Positions 12,835-25,006 of a stretch of 64,000 nucleotides of DNA are shown in pieces. The notes under the pieces are model-generated. The model made no database searches, was not told the origin of the DNA, and saw only the letters and a list, made by a program, of their open reading frames with translations. Source of the stretch: Eledone cirrhosa. Lineage: Eukaryota. A program made the translations under genes and the position numbers. How positions within the stretch are numbered: position 1 is the first letter of the stretch; each line of letters opens with the position of its first letter. The stretch covers positions 15,686,001 to 15,750,000 of the forward strand of contig OZ024748.1 of the NCBI GenBank assembly GCA_964016885.1, written 5' to 3'.

Positions 12835-13614
12835 GAATTGTGTACATTGTGTATACATTAAGTGAAATAGCAATATACTCAACTATAATATTGATCACAA
12901 ATTAATTTCTTCTTCACCCACTTATTCCTGAGAGGCTCATGGTGGCAGAGTCCTCAAACACTCTTTCCAGTGGGTCCTGTCAGAAGCAACCATCTCCATC
13001 CCCAAGCATGACCAGCTAAGCTCATGGATGTTATCCAACCATGTTGCTCAGGGTCTACTCATGTGTCTCCTTCCAGTTGCTTTTGCCATTAAAATTTGTC
13101 CAGCGATTCTTTCCCCGAGACGTTCTAACCACATGGCCATAGTATCAGAGCTGTGATCTCTCAATTCAGAGAAGTAGCAGTTCTACCTGGAGTGACTTGC
13201 TGATCTCTGAGCTATGCACTTTATCAAGTAACGTTACTACAAAGAGCCTTTGGAGAAAACCCATTTCGGCCCCTTGTAATCAAATTAGCTGTTCGCAAAA
13301 AATAAATAATAAACAAAGTTTGAAAATTGAAATAGGAAATAGAAAGCTTTGCGGTCATATTTGACTGAATAAAAGTCTTAATAATAGACCTTATAAATCA
13401 ACTGAAGGGAAAAAGATGAGTAATCCCATTTTTCCATTCAGTGGATTTATATGCTCCATTATTAGACTATTTTATTTAGTCAAATGTTACAGTGAAGCCT
13501 TCTATTTTTTCATTTCAAGTTTTATTTTTTTATTTTCTGAGAACAATTAGTTTGTGATTAATATAGTTGAATATAGTGCTATTTCACTTAATGTATACAC
13601 AATGTACACAATTG
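12835..13614. mobile_element. AT-rich foldback/MITE-like palindromic element split by an RTE insertion
   Basis: 12835-12906 is the reverse complement of 13545-13614; 13290-13415 pairs imperfectly with 13428-13544. Confidence 0.75.
12907..13278 (-). mobile_element. RTE-A LINE 3' fragment
   Basis: Reverse-complement homologue of 11609-11993; caaatta occurs on both flanks (possible TSD). Confidence 0.85.
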
Positions 13615-15049
13615 GTATTTCACTTAATATATACACAATGTACATGATTGCTATTTCACTTAATGTATACCAACTCCACACTGAAAAATGGTGACAAGTA
13701 TTCAAAAAGATGAACAGATAAACATCATTGCCTGACATCAAGTCACAGGTTTTACATCAGTTTTCCTCCTAGAATGATGTCAAAACAAGGACCAGGGGTC
13801 TCATTCCTGGTGGACTAACCACGCACTTGGACACTCACCCTTTTATTTTCATATCACCACATATACATACATACAGAAAGTATACTAATATATTAGTTAC
13901 CGGATGTAATAGAGAATATACTCCACTAGAAACACCTAACACAATATTAGTAGATAGCTGTGGTGTAAAAGATAGAATTGTAGAATATAATAAATAAAGG
14001 CAAGTTAAGGAAGGATTGGTTCGGAAGTGAAGAGCTAAGAAACATTATTATACTTCACAGGTGAAGATGGCATGGCATAGATAGGAATAAATTGATTAAT
14101 TAATCTAGTATTTCCACCTGTACAAACTACGGATATGTAAAAACAAATGAAAAAATTGATTTCTTTAAAACTTATTAGGATGTTAAGTAAGGGAAGTTTT
14201 TATAGGTTATCTGATAGAAGACGTTGTGTGATACCATCGATAGTGACAGAATATTATATTATGTTAAGTTAAATTACTGATAAATGCTAGCAAGTCATCT
14301 TAGTTGTTAACGTTAACACATACACACACCATCATCATCATCATCATCTTTTCTACGTCTTTTTCTATTGCTGCATATATATCATCATCATCACTGTTTA
14401 ACATCCATTCTTCCTTGCTAGAATGGGTTAGATAGGACGACTGTGTCTTACCCATACAGAACTGTTTCTGGCTTCATTTCTATGACTGGATACCCTTCTT
14501 AACGCCAACCCCATTTACACTGTGGACTGTATATGTATTATATATGTCGTTCTCAGTCTAATTGATTGACAAGATCCCGGACCTCATTTGCTTGCCAAGT
14601 GGAGGAGGACCTCATCAAATTGGACCAAGGAAACAATGTTACCATTGGTCTTTCCATTGCTGATATTATCTACCAGTCACAACTGGCAGAAAGAGCAACA
14701 TGAAATAAAGTGTCTTGCTCAAGGACACAATGCATCACCCGTGTGTGTGTATGTGTATTTATGTGTGTGTATATGTGTATATAAACTATGTAATACAATG
14801 ACTGCAGTCTGATTACGTCGATGATTCCATCGCTGCCTTCACAAACAATTGTAGTGGAATGATGGCTGGGGTATGGTTTTAAAGGATGTATTTGAATTTT
14901 GTTTATGGCTTGTATGGTATGTGTCTGGTGGGTGTGAGGGGTTGATTGTAGGGTTATATGGTTTGTGGTTATTTGTGGTTGTGGATAACACGAGTTTGGT
15001 TTAGATGTGCATACATTCAAGTTAAGGCAAATGATGGTCTTAGTTATGT

Positions 15050-15310
15050 ATCATCATCATCATCGTCATCATCGTTTAACGGCCATATTCCACGGTTGCA
15101 TGGGTTTGGATGGGAGTTTTCCTACTTGAGGCAAGAGTGGTTGTCTTGCTCGCATAGGACTGTCTGGCGGGTTTTCTACGGCTGGATGCCCTTCCTAACA
15201 CCAACCACATTTACAGTGTGGAACTGGGAGGTTTTTACCGTGATACCTACATGGCCACATTACAGCGTGGACTGTGTGTTTTTTTGTCGTGACGCCTACA
15301 CGACCTCATT
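15050..15310 (-). mobile_element. SINE type C (RTE-like tail)
   Basis: Close reverse-complement match to 37985-38232; (TGA)n tail. Confidence 0.8.
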
Positions 15311-16152
15311 TGATTCGGGCTGGGTGTTGTAGTACCAACATAACTTTACATCGAAAGGGGTGGTGTGGATGGGGGTGGGGGTAGTGGGACGGGGGTGTAT
15401 TTTTGTTAGAGGTGCCTACTGACTGTAGTAGGTTTCACTTTGTACTTAGGTAAGGTATATATTTATATATACATATATTTATATGATGAAACATACCAGG
15501 AAGATGAGGTCTCTCTTTGATCTATCAAGTTTCGGGGTATGACCATCTATCCAAACCCATGCCAGTATAAATAGTAGATGATGCAGGTGATAGTAATGAT
15601 GGTGGTGGTGGTGACAGTGACAACGATGGTGACAATGAGGGTGACAATGACAATGAGGGTGACAATACTGCTGCTGATGCAGTTACTGTCCAACCAATTT
15701 CTATTCACTAGGCATCAGTCAATTAGTCATCTGAATGCAGGCTACTGTAGAAGACATGAAAATACTTGACTAATAGCCACCAAAGATGCTGTACATCAGG
15801 ACCAAACCCAAACCACAGAACCACAGAACAGTATAAATGTAAAAGCAAACTCCTTCACCACACAGCCATGCCTGAAACTCAGAAATCTTATCAGGCAAAT
15901 AACAGAAGAAAGTATAATATATTTCTTGGAATTTAGTTATATAGAATTTCTAGTGCTTTAGTCGATATATTCAATGACTATTATAGTTTATGAAAGTAAC
16001 AGTAAATGTTTGCTATCTCTCTCATAGTATTGTTTACCATGTATGTTGAATACTGCAATATACACTGTGTATATTAGATCTTTATTTGATTTGCTATCTT
16101 TAAGTAGCTTCATTAATGTCTGTATTTGTCATAAGCAATCAGCAATGCTTTT

Positions 16153-16155
<3 letters not shown>

Positions 16156-16212
<57 letters not shown>

Positions 16213-16323
16213 CACACATACATACAGACATATATATATAAACACACACACACACATACGTATATATAAACACACACACACACACACACACGTATATATA
16301 AACACACACATACATATATAAAC

Positions 16324-16354
<31 letters not shown>

Positions 16355-16445
16355 AACACATATACATATATATATACACATACAAAATGATGAAATGAAA
16401 TGATACATATATACACACATACATACATATACCCTTACAAGCATG

Positions 16446-16488
<43 letters not shown>
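16156..16488. repeat. (TA)n/(CA)n microsatellite
   Basis: Directly visible. Confidence 0.95.
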
Positions 16489-16489
<1 letters not shown>

Positions 16490-17112
16490 CCATGTTGAAT
16501 TCTTCAAACATCCTGTCAGATGGAATTTACACCATATCCTAACTGTTTACATTTGTATTGTTGTCAGTGCTCTCTCAGAACAGATTTTTCTTTTATTGGA
16601 CATATTTTGTTCTAGGTGATCAACATTATTAAAATTGCTGCTGTGAGTGAGTGAGTGAGAGAGAGAGAGAGTGAGAGAGAGAGAGAGAGAGATGGAAAGG
16701 AAGAGGCAGACAGGGAAGAATGTTCTCTTGTTTTCTTTCGGGTTTTGTTTTTTTTCAATGTTTGATCAGTAGGTAACAAAAGGCCACAGCAACAACTAAC
16801 ATATTTCATTTCATTTGTTATTGAATTTGATTAATTGGAAAAAAATAATTACAATTTTTTTATTTGTAAAAATGTTATGCTTTATTTAAGCTTGTATCTC
16901 TTTAGATCTAGTGCTGACGATGGCCCAGCTATCACATAAAATTATCATTTCTTTTTTTTATGTCTTATTTTCTTTCGGGCTTGCTAATGTCTTCACTATA
17001 AACACTTCAAATTGGTTTTGCTCTTCATTCAGGATTAGCCTGAGATAGTAAATACATACCCATGTTTATTGTCCTCTGATGACCTGTCCTCTGTATGCTA
17101 GTAAGGAAGGTA

Positions 17113-17136
17113 GATGTATGTGTATGTGTGTGTGTA

Positions 17137-17190
<54 letters not shown>

Positions 17191-17385
17191 CATGTGTGTG
17201 TGTCTGTGCGTGTGTGTGTGTGTATGTGTGCGTGTGTATGCGTGTGTGTGTATGTGTGTGTGTGAGTGTATGTGTGTGTGCGTGTGTATGCGTGTGTGTG
17301 TGTGTGTGTGCGTGCATGTGTGAGTGTGCGTGTGCGTATGTGAGTGTGTATGTGTGTATATATATATGTGTGTGTATGTGTAGCT
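17113..17385. repeat. (GT)n microsatellite
   Basis: Directly visible. Confidence 0.95.
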
Positions 17386-17564
17386 GTGTTTATATCCAGT
17401 GACTTAACAGTTCATCAAAAGGAGATCAATAACCTAAGTACTGGGGTAGAAATATTCAAGTAAATCTCTTGAAGGCTGTGCTCCAGTATGGTCATACTCA
17501 AATAACTGAAACCAGTAAAACAATAAAAGAATATCAAGCAATAAAATATATAGCTATAATATGA

Positions 17565-17915
17565 AGGTGCATAGCGTAGTGGTAAGGATGTTAGTCTCAC
17601 AATAGTAACTTCAAGAGCAAAATACTGTTTCATGTTGCTCATTTTACCAGGAGTTGTGAATAGCAGATAGTATCAGCAATGGAAAGTCCAATGGAAAAAT
17701 TGCTGCTTTGGTCGGATCTGATGATCTGCTCCTTTCTGCGTCCAGCAGTTGTGAACAGCAGATAGTATCAGCAATGGAAAGACCAATGGAAACATTATTG
17801 CCTTCGTCTGATCTGACGATCAGCTCCTTTCTTCTGCCAGGGAGTTATGACCATTAGATAGTATCAGCAATGGAAAGACCAATGGAAATATGGATTGATC
17901 TAATGATCAGCTCCT
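17565..17915 (+). mobile_element. Degenerate tRNA-head SINE with a triplicated internal module of about 95 bp
   Basis: tagcgtagtggtaag head, then three copies of gagttgtga...agatagtatcagcaatggaaagaccaatggaaa; single copies of the module at about 14620-14690 (-) and 52915-52965 (+). Confidence 0.65.
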
Positions 17916-18469
17916 TTCTTCTTTCCTTTAATATATGCATTCTGATTATATGCTGCTTGATATAAGAAATACATTTTTCATTCCAGTTACATTTACTAAG
18001 TATATCATTAACAAGATTTTTAAATTATTAGCTAAGATTTTGTTTATATTTGCTATACATATATGTTAGACTTATTTGATAATCTAGAAATAAAAGCAAA
18101 CTACATTAACCTCTGAGGATTTTTCAGCTTGGAAAATATTTCCACTTACACATTTCTTAAGTAGTAAACTTCTTACATGGTAAAATGTAGAAGTTATATT
18201 CTTTTATTTTTATTGTTTGTTATAAGATATGATATCATCTGTAGGTGAAATTTATGTTAAGCTACTCAACTTCTTTGCATTTATAATTGCTTCTACTTTT
18301 GGCACAAGTTCAGCAATTTGTAGGGAAGGAGAAAGTCAAATAAATTTTATTGACCTCTGTAAGGATAAAAAGCAAAATTAACCTTTGCAGGATTTGAACT
18401 CATCTTTGCATTTATAATGAGATCAAATTCAAAATTTGTCATAAAAATGATTAAAATCCAAGGAAGAAA

Positions 18470-19050
18470 AGTTGGTAGGATATAGAAGCAGTGATGAATG
18501 TTGTAATGAGGAATTGAACAACATGGTTGGGTCATGTGTTGAAGAAGGTTAAAAGTAACAGTACGGAAAGGAATAGAACAAATGGTGGATGATGTAAAGA
18601 GAAATTGAATGAAATAACTGGGTCATATGTTGAAAGATGAAAGTGACTGGCTAAGAGGAATAATACCAGTGATGAATGTTGTGATGAGAAATTAAATGAG
18701 ATGGTTGGATCATGTGTTGAGGAAGGGTGAAAGTGGCTGCATGTGAGGAATAGAGCCAGTGTTGAACGTGAAGCAAAATGGAATGAGATGAATGGGACAT
18801 GTGTTGAGAAAGTAAGAGGATTAGGAGCAGTATGGAATGTGAAGAGCAATGGAATGAGATGGTTGGTTCATGTGTTGAGGAAGGATGAATGTGGCAGAGT
18901 GAAAGATTGATGGAAACAAACATGGAGGAATTAGAAGAAGGGGAAGATGAAGAAATACGTGGCTAAAGATGATGGAGAAGGAAATCTAAGTAAGGGAGTT
19001 AATGAGAGGGGTTGAAAATGATGGAGGTCAAAATGGAGAAATGATCGTAG
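18470..19050 (+). mobile_element. RTE LINE 3' fragment with tandemly amplified RW(L/F)GHV-encoding segment
   Basis: About five copies of ..atggttgggtcatgtgttga.. at roughly 85-bp spacing, followed by a decayed RRGR.R..W segment. Confidence 0.6.
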
Positions 19051-19079
19051 ATAACATCAACATTATATAGTATAGTAAA

Positions 19080-19400
19080 AGGTAAAGGCCCCCTTCAGTT
19101 ATGAAGGGCCATGGGATTTGCACCTTGAAAGTTCCCCTCCGAGGCACAAGTCCAGGCTAGGTTGTTTGTGGAAGACCAGCAGTCGTCCATACATACCAGT
19201 CTCCCTTCTCCACACCACTGATGTTTCCAAGGGAAAGGCAATGGCTGATAGTCACAACTATTTCTACAACTGAGTGAACAAGCAGCATGAAATAAAGAGC
19301 TTTGCTCAAGAATACAACACAAAGCATGGTCCGAGAATTGAACTCACAACCTCACAATTATAAGCCTGATGTTCTAACCACTAAGCCATGCACCTTCACA
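19080..19400 (-). mobile_element. tRNA-head/CORE-type SINE (type B head, third body variant)
   Basis: Reverse complement: gaaggtgcatggcttagtggttagaac...gagttcaattctc...ttcttgagcaaagctctttatttc. Confidence 0.75.
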
Positions 19401-19964
19401 TAGAGTATAGAGAGCTAGAAATATATTTCAGAACTGATAACAGTGAATACATTGTTTAAATATAGATGATTTTGTTTCTTGTTTCTGATGAAGAATATAT
19501 AAACTAGCCTCTTGATTTTTAGAAAGATTAGTTACCAAACATGGCTTGATGGTGCCATTAACTTTTTGAGAGTATAATTTAACATGAAAGGCAGTGAGTG
19601 AATCTCATCTATGCAATTACTCATACTGTCTGTTTATTTGGTATATCTCAACCAACTTTAATAACAACATCACTATGATACTGAAATAATTGTAATTTAT
19701 TTATTTAAAAAAATAAATAAATCGAATAAATAAATTATTTGGCATAAAATTATATAAACTAATTCTGTTTATACTTCAATAAATTATATGCTTATAGAAT
19801 TTTATCACTTAAATAGAATTTTTGATTGAATTAAAATTCCATTATCGAATAGTGCTTTGTTGTCAGCAAATTAACTTTTAAGGTCAGTTTAGTACAGATG
19901 CAATGCACAGAAATGTTTCAACAATTGAGTTTTGGATTGTAAAATAATGTAGTTGTATATATTT

Positions 19965-20410
19965 CAGTGGTGATGATGGTGTTGGTGGTGGTGGTGGTGT
20001 GTGGTGGTGGTGGCGACGGTAGTGGTAATAGTTTGTGTAATGGTGATGGGTGGTGATAGTGGTAGTGGAGTGTGTGGTGGATGGTGGTAGTGGAGTGTGT
20101 GGTGGATGGTGGTAGTGGAGTGGGTGAGGGTTGTGGGTGGTGATAGTTGGTGAGGGTTGTGGTGGTGGTGCAGTGTGTATAATGGTGATGGGTGGTGGCA
20201 GTGTGTGTGTGTGTGTGTCATGGTGGTAGTGGTGATGGCGTGTGTGTGATAATGATAGTGGTGTGTGTGTGTGTGTTTGATTATGAAAGTGGTGGTGGTG
20301 ATGGTCTGTGTGTGTGTGTTATGGTAGTGATGGTATGTGTTGGTGGTGACGGTGTTGGTGATAGTGTATGTGTGTGTGTATTGGTTATAGTAGTGGTAAT
20401 GATGGTGGAT
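19965..20410. repeat. (GGT/GT)n low-complexity tract
   Basis: Directly visible. Confidence 0.9.
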
Positions 20411-20559
20411 TTAAGATATTCACCAACTATGTTATATACAATAAACCATACAGGAAAATATGGTTAGATATGATAATTGTTAGTCAAGTGTAGAACAATG
20501 AAAATATTGAATATTGTTTGAAGAAATAATAACAATAACAACAGTAATAACAATAATGC

Positions 20560-21380
20560 TGCTTCTACTTTTGGCACAAGGCCAGCAATTATCCCAGTGC
20601 ATTACTGGTACTGTATTTTATCGACCCCGTAAGGATGAAAGACAAAGTTAACCTCAGCGGATTTCAGCTCAGAACGTAAAGGGTCATAACTATGCTGCAA
20701 AGCATGGTTTAGTAATAAATGTTTCTACATGTGGCACAAGGCCAGCAATTTGAAGGGGAGGGGGGAAAGTCGATTAAATCTACCCCAAAATATTACTGGT
20801 GCTTTATTTTATTGACCCCCGTAAGGATGAAAGGCAACGCTAACCTCGGCAGGATTTGCACTTAGAACAAAGGGCTGTAACTATATGCCACAAAGCATGT
20901 TGTCCAATGCTCCACTGATTCTGCCAATCCACTGCACTATAATTATGATTTCTAGTATAGGCCAGTAATTTGTGGGGAGGGTAAGTTGATTAAATCGACC
21001 TCAGTACGTTACTGGTGCTTTATTTTATTGACCCCGTAAGGATGAATGGTAAAGTTAACCTCGGCAGGATTTGAACTCAGATCATTAAAGGGTTGTAACT
21101 ATGCTGCAAAGCATAGTGTTCGATACTGCCAATCCACCACCCTCCACCGTCCTACAATAATAATAGTAGTAACAACAATAATAATAATTGTTTCTACTTT
21201 AGGCAGGCACAAGGCCAGCAATTACCCAGTGCATTACTGGTACTTTATTTTATCGACCCCGTAAGGATGAAAGGCAAAGTCAACCTCGGCGGGATTTGAA
21301 CTCAGATCGTAAAGGGACATAACTATGCTGGGAAGCATGGCGTCCGACCCTCTACCAATACTGCCAATCCACCGCCCTTA
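20560..21380 (-). mobile_element. Cluster of four co-oriented SINE type A copies
   Basis: Four repeats of ccagcaatt...actggtactttattttatcgaccccgtaaggatgaaaggcaaagt.aacctcggc.ggatttgaactcag; the last copy is full length. Confidence 0.9.
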
Positions 21381-21861
21381 TAATAATAATAATGATAATA
21401 TAACAATCATTTTACATCAGCTTTTTCATGCTTGCATCATAATATAATAATAATATATAAAATAACAACAATAATAATAATAATAAATAAAATTATTTGA
21501 AGAAAAATAATAAATTCAAGGAAAATAAATCTTTTTAAATTAATGTTAAATGAAATAGTTTAAATTAAATGAAAGAATAATGTTGTGAATGTTAATGACA
21601 TTAATAAAATATTGTTTCTTGATTACTTATTATATAACCTTGAAAGTTGACATATAAGAATCTTTTGGAAGCAACAGAGAAACTGAAACATTTATATATT
21701 TCTGAATGTCATTAGAAATATATAGGGCTTGAGTGGTTATATAATCATTTGGCTAATACTCAGTAGGTTGCTAGGGATAGGTGAAAACAATATAGCTTGA
21801 AAAATGTCATTAAAACCCTCAAGCCATAGTCACTGCACAAATATTGAAATAAAAATGCAAT

Positions 21862-22205
21862 GTACCTTAGCTGATCAGAGAAAACTCACATGTGGCCCTC
21901 ATCTGTCAACCGTCTATATGTTAGTACCACCTTAGCTGTGCAGAGAAGACATACCTTTGGTCCTAATCTGTCAACAGTCTATATGTTATATTTCCTTAGC
22001 TGAGCAAGGAAAACACTCCTTTGGCTCTTAGCTGTCAACAGTCTATCAGTATCACCTTAACTGAAGAGTGAAAACACACCTCAGGTCCTCAGCAGTCTGT
22101 TAGTGTCAACTTAACTTAGCAGTGAAAACACACTTCTGGTCTTCAGCAGTCTGTTAGTCAGTGTCACTTTAAATTAGCAATGAAAACACACCTCTGGTCC
22201 TTAGG
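21862..22205. repeat. Degenerate minisatellite, 50-65 bp unit, about 6 copies
   Basis: Recurrent cttagctg..cag.gaaaacacacct.tggtcct...gtc. Confidence 0.75.
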
Positions 22206-22294
22206 AGTTAGTCTGTGTTGCTCATGCTGGGTTTATGACCCTGTCAACTTGTAGGAGTGCTTTGAAATATAAATAATCAATCTTCTTATATATA

Positions 22295-22582
22295 TGTTTC
22301 TACTTTAGGCACAAGGCCAGCAATTACCCAGTGCATTACTGGTACTTTATTTTATCGACCCCGTAAGGAAGAAAGGCAAAGTCAATCTTCTTATATAATT
22401 GTTTCTACTTTAGGCACAAGGCCAGCAATTACCCAGTACATTACTGGTACTTTATTTTATCGACCCCGTAAGGATGAAAGGCAAAGTCAACCTCGGCGGG
22501 ATTTGAACTCAGATCGTAAAGGGACGTAACTATGCTGGAAAGCATGGCGTCCGACCCGCTACCGATACTGCCAATCCACCAC
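22295..22582 (-). mobile_element. SINE type A: a 3' fragment (22295-22382) plus a full-length copy (22398-22582)
   Basis: A box tggcagtatcgg, B box gagttcaaatcc; 15-bp caatcttcttatata at 22278, 22383 and 22583. Confidence 0.9.
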
Positions 22583-22884
22583 CAATCTTCTTATATAATG
22601 ATACTACATCAGACACGCATCTTGTTCAAAGAAGGTTCTGAAACAATTGCTTAATCCTATACTTAACACCAACCTGTTTTACATATACTAGAAAAGAAAT
22701 AGTTCTCTTTTTTTAATTTTTAATTTTTTTTTTTTTTTTTTCAAAACCTATATTTTAATATCAACAGTTACTTTTCCTGTTTCTCCTTTGAGTAATGAAA
22801 GGTAAAAATTGGAAGATTAAGTCTCAAAATTCCAATTCCAACAGAATATGTGAGAAATATTACTCCATGCAACTATCATATTTT

Positions 22885-23096
22885 TTTAGTGTGTGTGTAT
22901 GATGTATATATACACATATATATACACATATATATACACATATATATATGTATACATATATAAATATAATGTATGTATATGCATATATATGTATACATAT
23001 ATAAATATAATGTATGTATATGCATATATTTATATAGATATATATGTATACATATATAATGCATGCATATGAGTGATATACATCGCTCTCTCTCTC

Positions 23097-23134
<38 letters not shown>

Positions 23135-23135
23135 C
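22885..23135. repeat. (TA)n-rich compound microsatellite
   Basis: Directly visible. Confidence 0.9.
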
Positions 23136-24070
23136 TGAGAGAGATAATTTATATAGGTATATCACTCACTCTCTAGAAAGTACAACTTATGAAGCAATTT
23201 CCACCCATCTTTTCTCTTTAACTCAAATTGGGTTCATTTCAAATGATATCCGCCATTAGAACAATTGATTTAAACAAAATTCAGACAATTTAATAATAAA
23301 AAAATCCCCCACAAAACAGAAAAAACAAAAGGAAGGCATTCAATTTTTTTAATCTTTTTTACTAAAGAGTTTTAATCTGTCTCCTGGTAATTTATTTCCC
23401 ATCATTAATCATTTAGGCATTTTATATTCCATAGTGTAGCAGAACACGACAATCATCCCATTTTGTCTTCATTACTATATATTATTATTATTGTTATTAT
23501 TTCCAATTCTTCTTCTAACATACCATGTTAGCATTGGTCACAGTTATATATATATATATACACACACACACATATATACATGCACACATATAAACACACA
23601 CATATATACGCATACATTATATATATATATATATATATTTGCAATAATATTTATCTCTTCCACTTGTAATTCCACAATTCCACTCCTATGAGCAATTTTA
23701 TGATAGCAAAATCATATTTTCTTTGCTCTTACTGCTAAGAATAATCATATTTGAAACTAATCAAAAAGAAACTTTTCAGCAATGATAATTTTGGCTGAAC
23801 TTTCCATAGACATTTCTATTTTCTCATGTTGTTAGACAAAGTTTTCTCTTTTCTAATAAAAAAAAAAATTCTTCTGCCAAACATCTGCCTGTGTTATATT
23901 TCTAATGAAAGATACTGTTTATGATTTCCAAACAATTTCTAAAATAATCAACAGTTTGGAGGAATTTAATAATATAACTAACTGCCTTATTAAGATTGTA
24001 CCTAAAACATAGGTGAACACATGTTCTTACAAAGAATTGTTATAGAAAGTATTTAGATAAATATAAATAC

Positions 24071-24310
24071 TTAAACCCTTTTGTTACCATATTTGCAATT
24101 AAATATGGTAAATCATTTTCAAATAGTGTTTAAAAAATCTGAAGAATTTCGACAGATCTAGTATTATAACTAAATTTCTCATTATGAAGATGTCGTTTGG
24201 AATATGACAAAGATTTTTACATAAAATTATGATGGAAGGCTTATCTAGATAAATATAAACACTTTAAACCAAAGTTTTGTATTGTAGAAGCAAGACCAGT
24301 TTTAGGCAGT
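24071..24310 (-). mobile_element. Second TTAA-type MITE family (P2), degenerate
   Basis: ttaaacccttttgttacc terminus; homologous to 53492-53754 (+), 25290-25670, 7862 onward and 34542 onward. Confidence 0.6.
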
Positions 24311-24534
24311 TATATATATATATTAATGCCATTGAAATATTGTTATATATATATATATATATATATATAAACATTCATAAACATTTATTGCCAGCTATAT
24401 TAACTATAGGGATATAAAATATACAGACGCAAAAACCAATCCAAACCAAACAGTGAGTGTGTTTTATTATTATTATTTCTGGCAATATTATAACAATATG
24501 ACCCTCCCCAAACATAACAATATATATATATATT

Positions 24535-24565
<31 letters not shown>

Positions 24566-24574
24566 ATATATATA

Positions 24575-24912
24575 TATCATCATTTCATTTTACGTTCACT
24601 TTTCCCCTGCTTGCAAGGGTGGGACGGTAATTGATTCTGGCTTGATTTCTACAGCTGGATGTCCTTCCTAACACCAACCTCATTTACAGCGAGTGCTGGG
24701 TGCTTTTTTTTTTGTGGCACCTACACGACCACTTTGCAGTGGAATGATAGGGACCCCTGTCCCTATCATCTCATTTCTACAGCTGAGTAAACTGGAGCAA
24801 TGTGAAATAAAGTGTCTTGCTCAGGGAAACAACATCACCCGGTCTGAGAATTGAACTCACAACCTTTCGATTGCAAGGCCAATGCTCTAACCACTAAGCC
24901 ATGTGCCTCCAT
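24575..24912 (-). mobile_element. Full-length SINE type B
   Basis: Near-identical reverse complement of 44366-44707. Confidence 0.9.
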
Positions 24913-24971
24913 ACATACATACATACATACATACATACATACATACATACATACATACATACATACATACA

Positions 24972-25000
<29 letters not shown>
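24910..25000. repeat. Perfect (ATAC)n microsatellite
   Basis: Directly visible. Confidence 0.95.
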
Positions 25001-25006
<6 letters not shown>

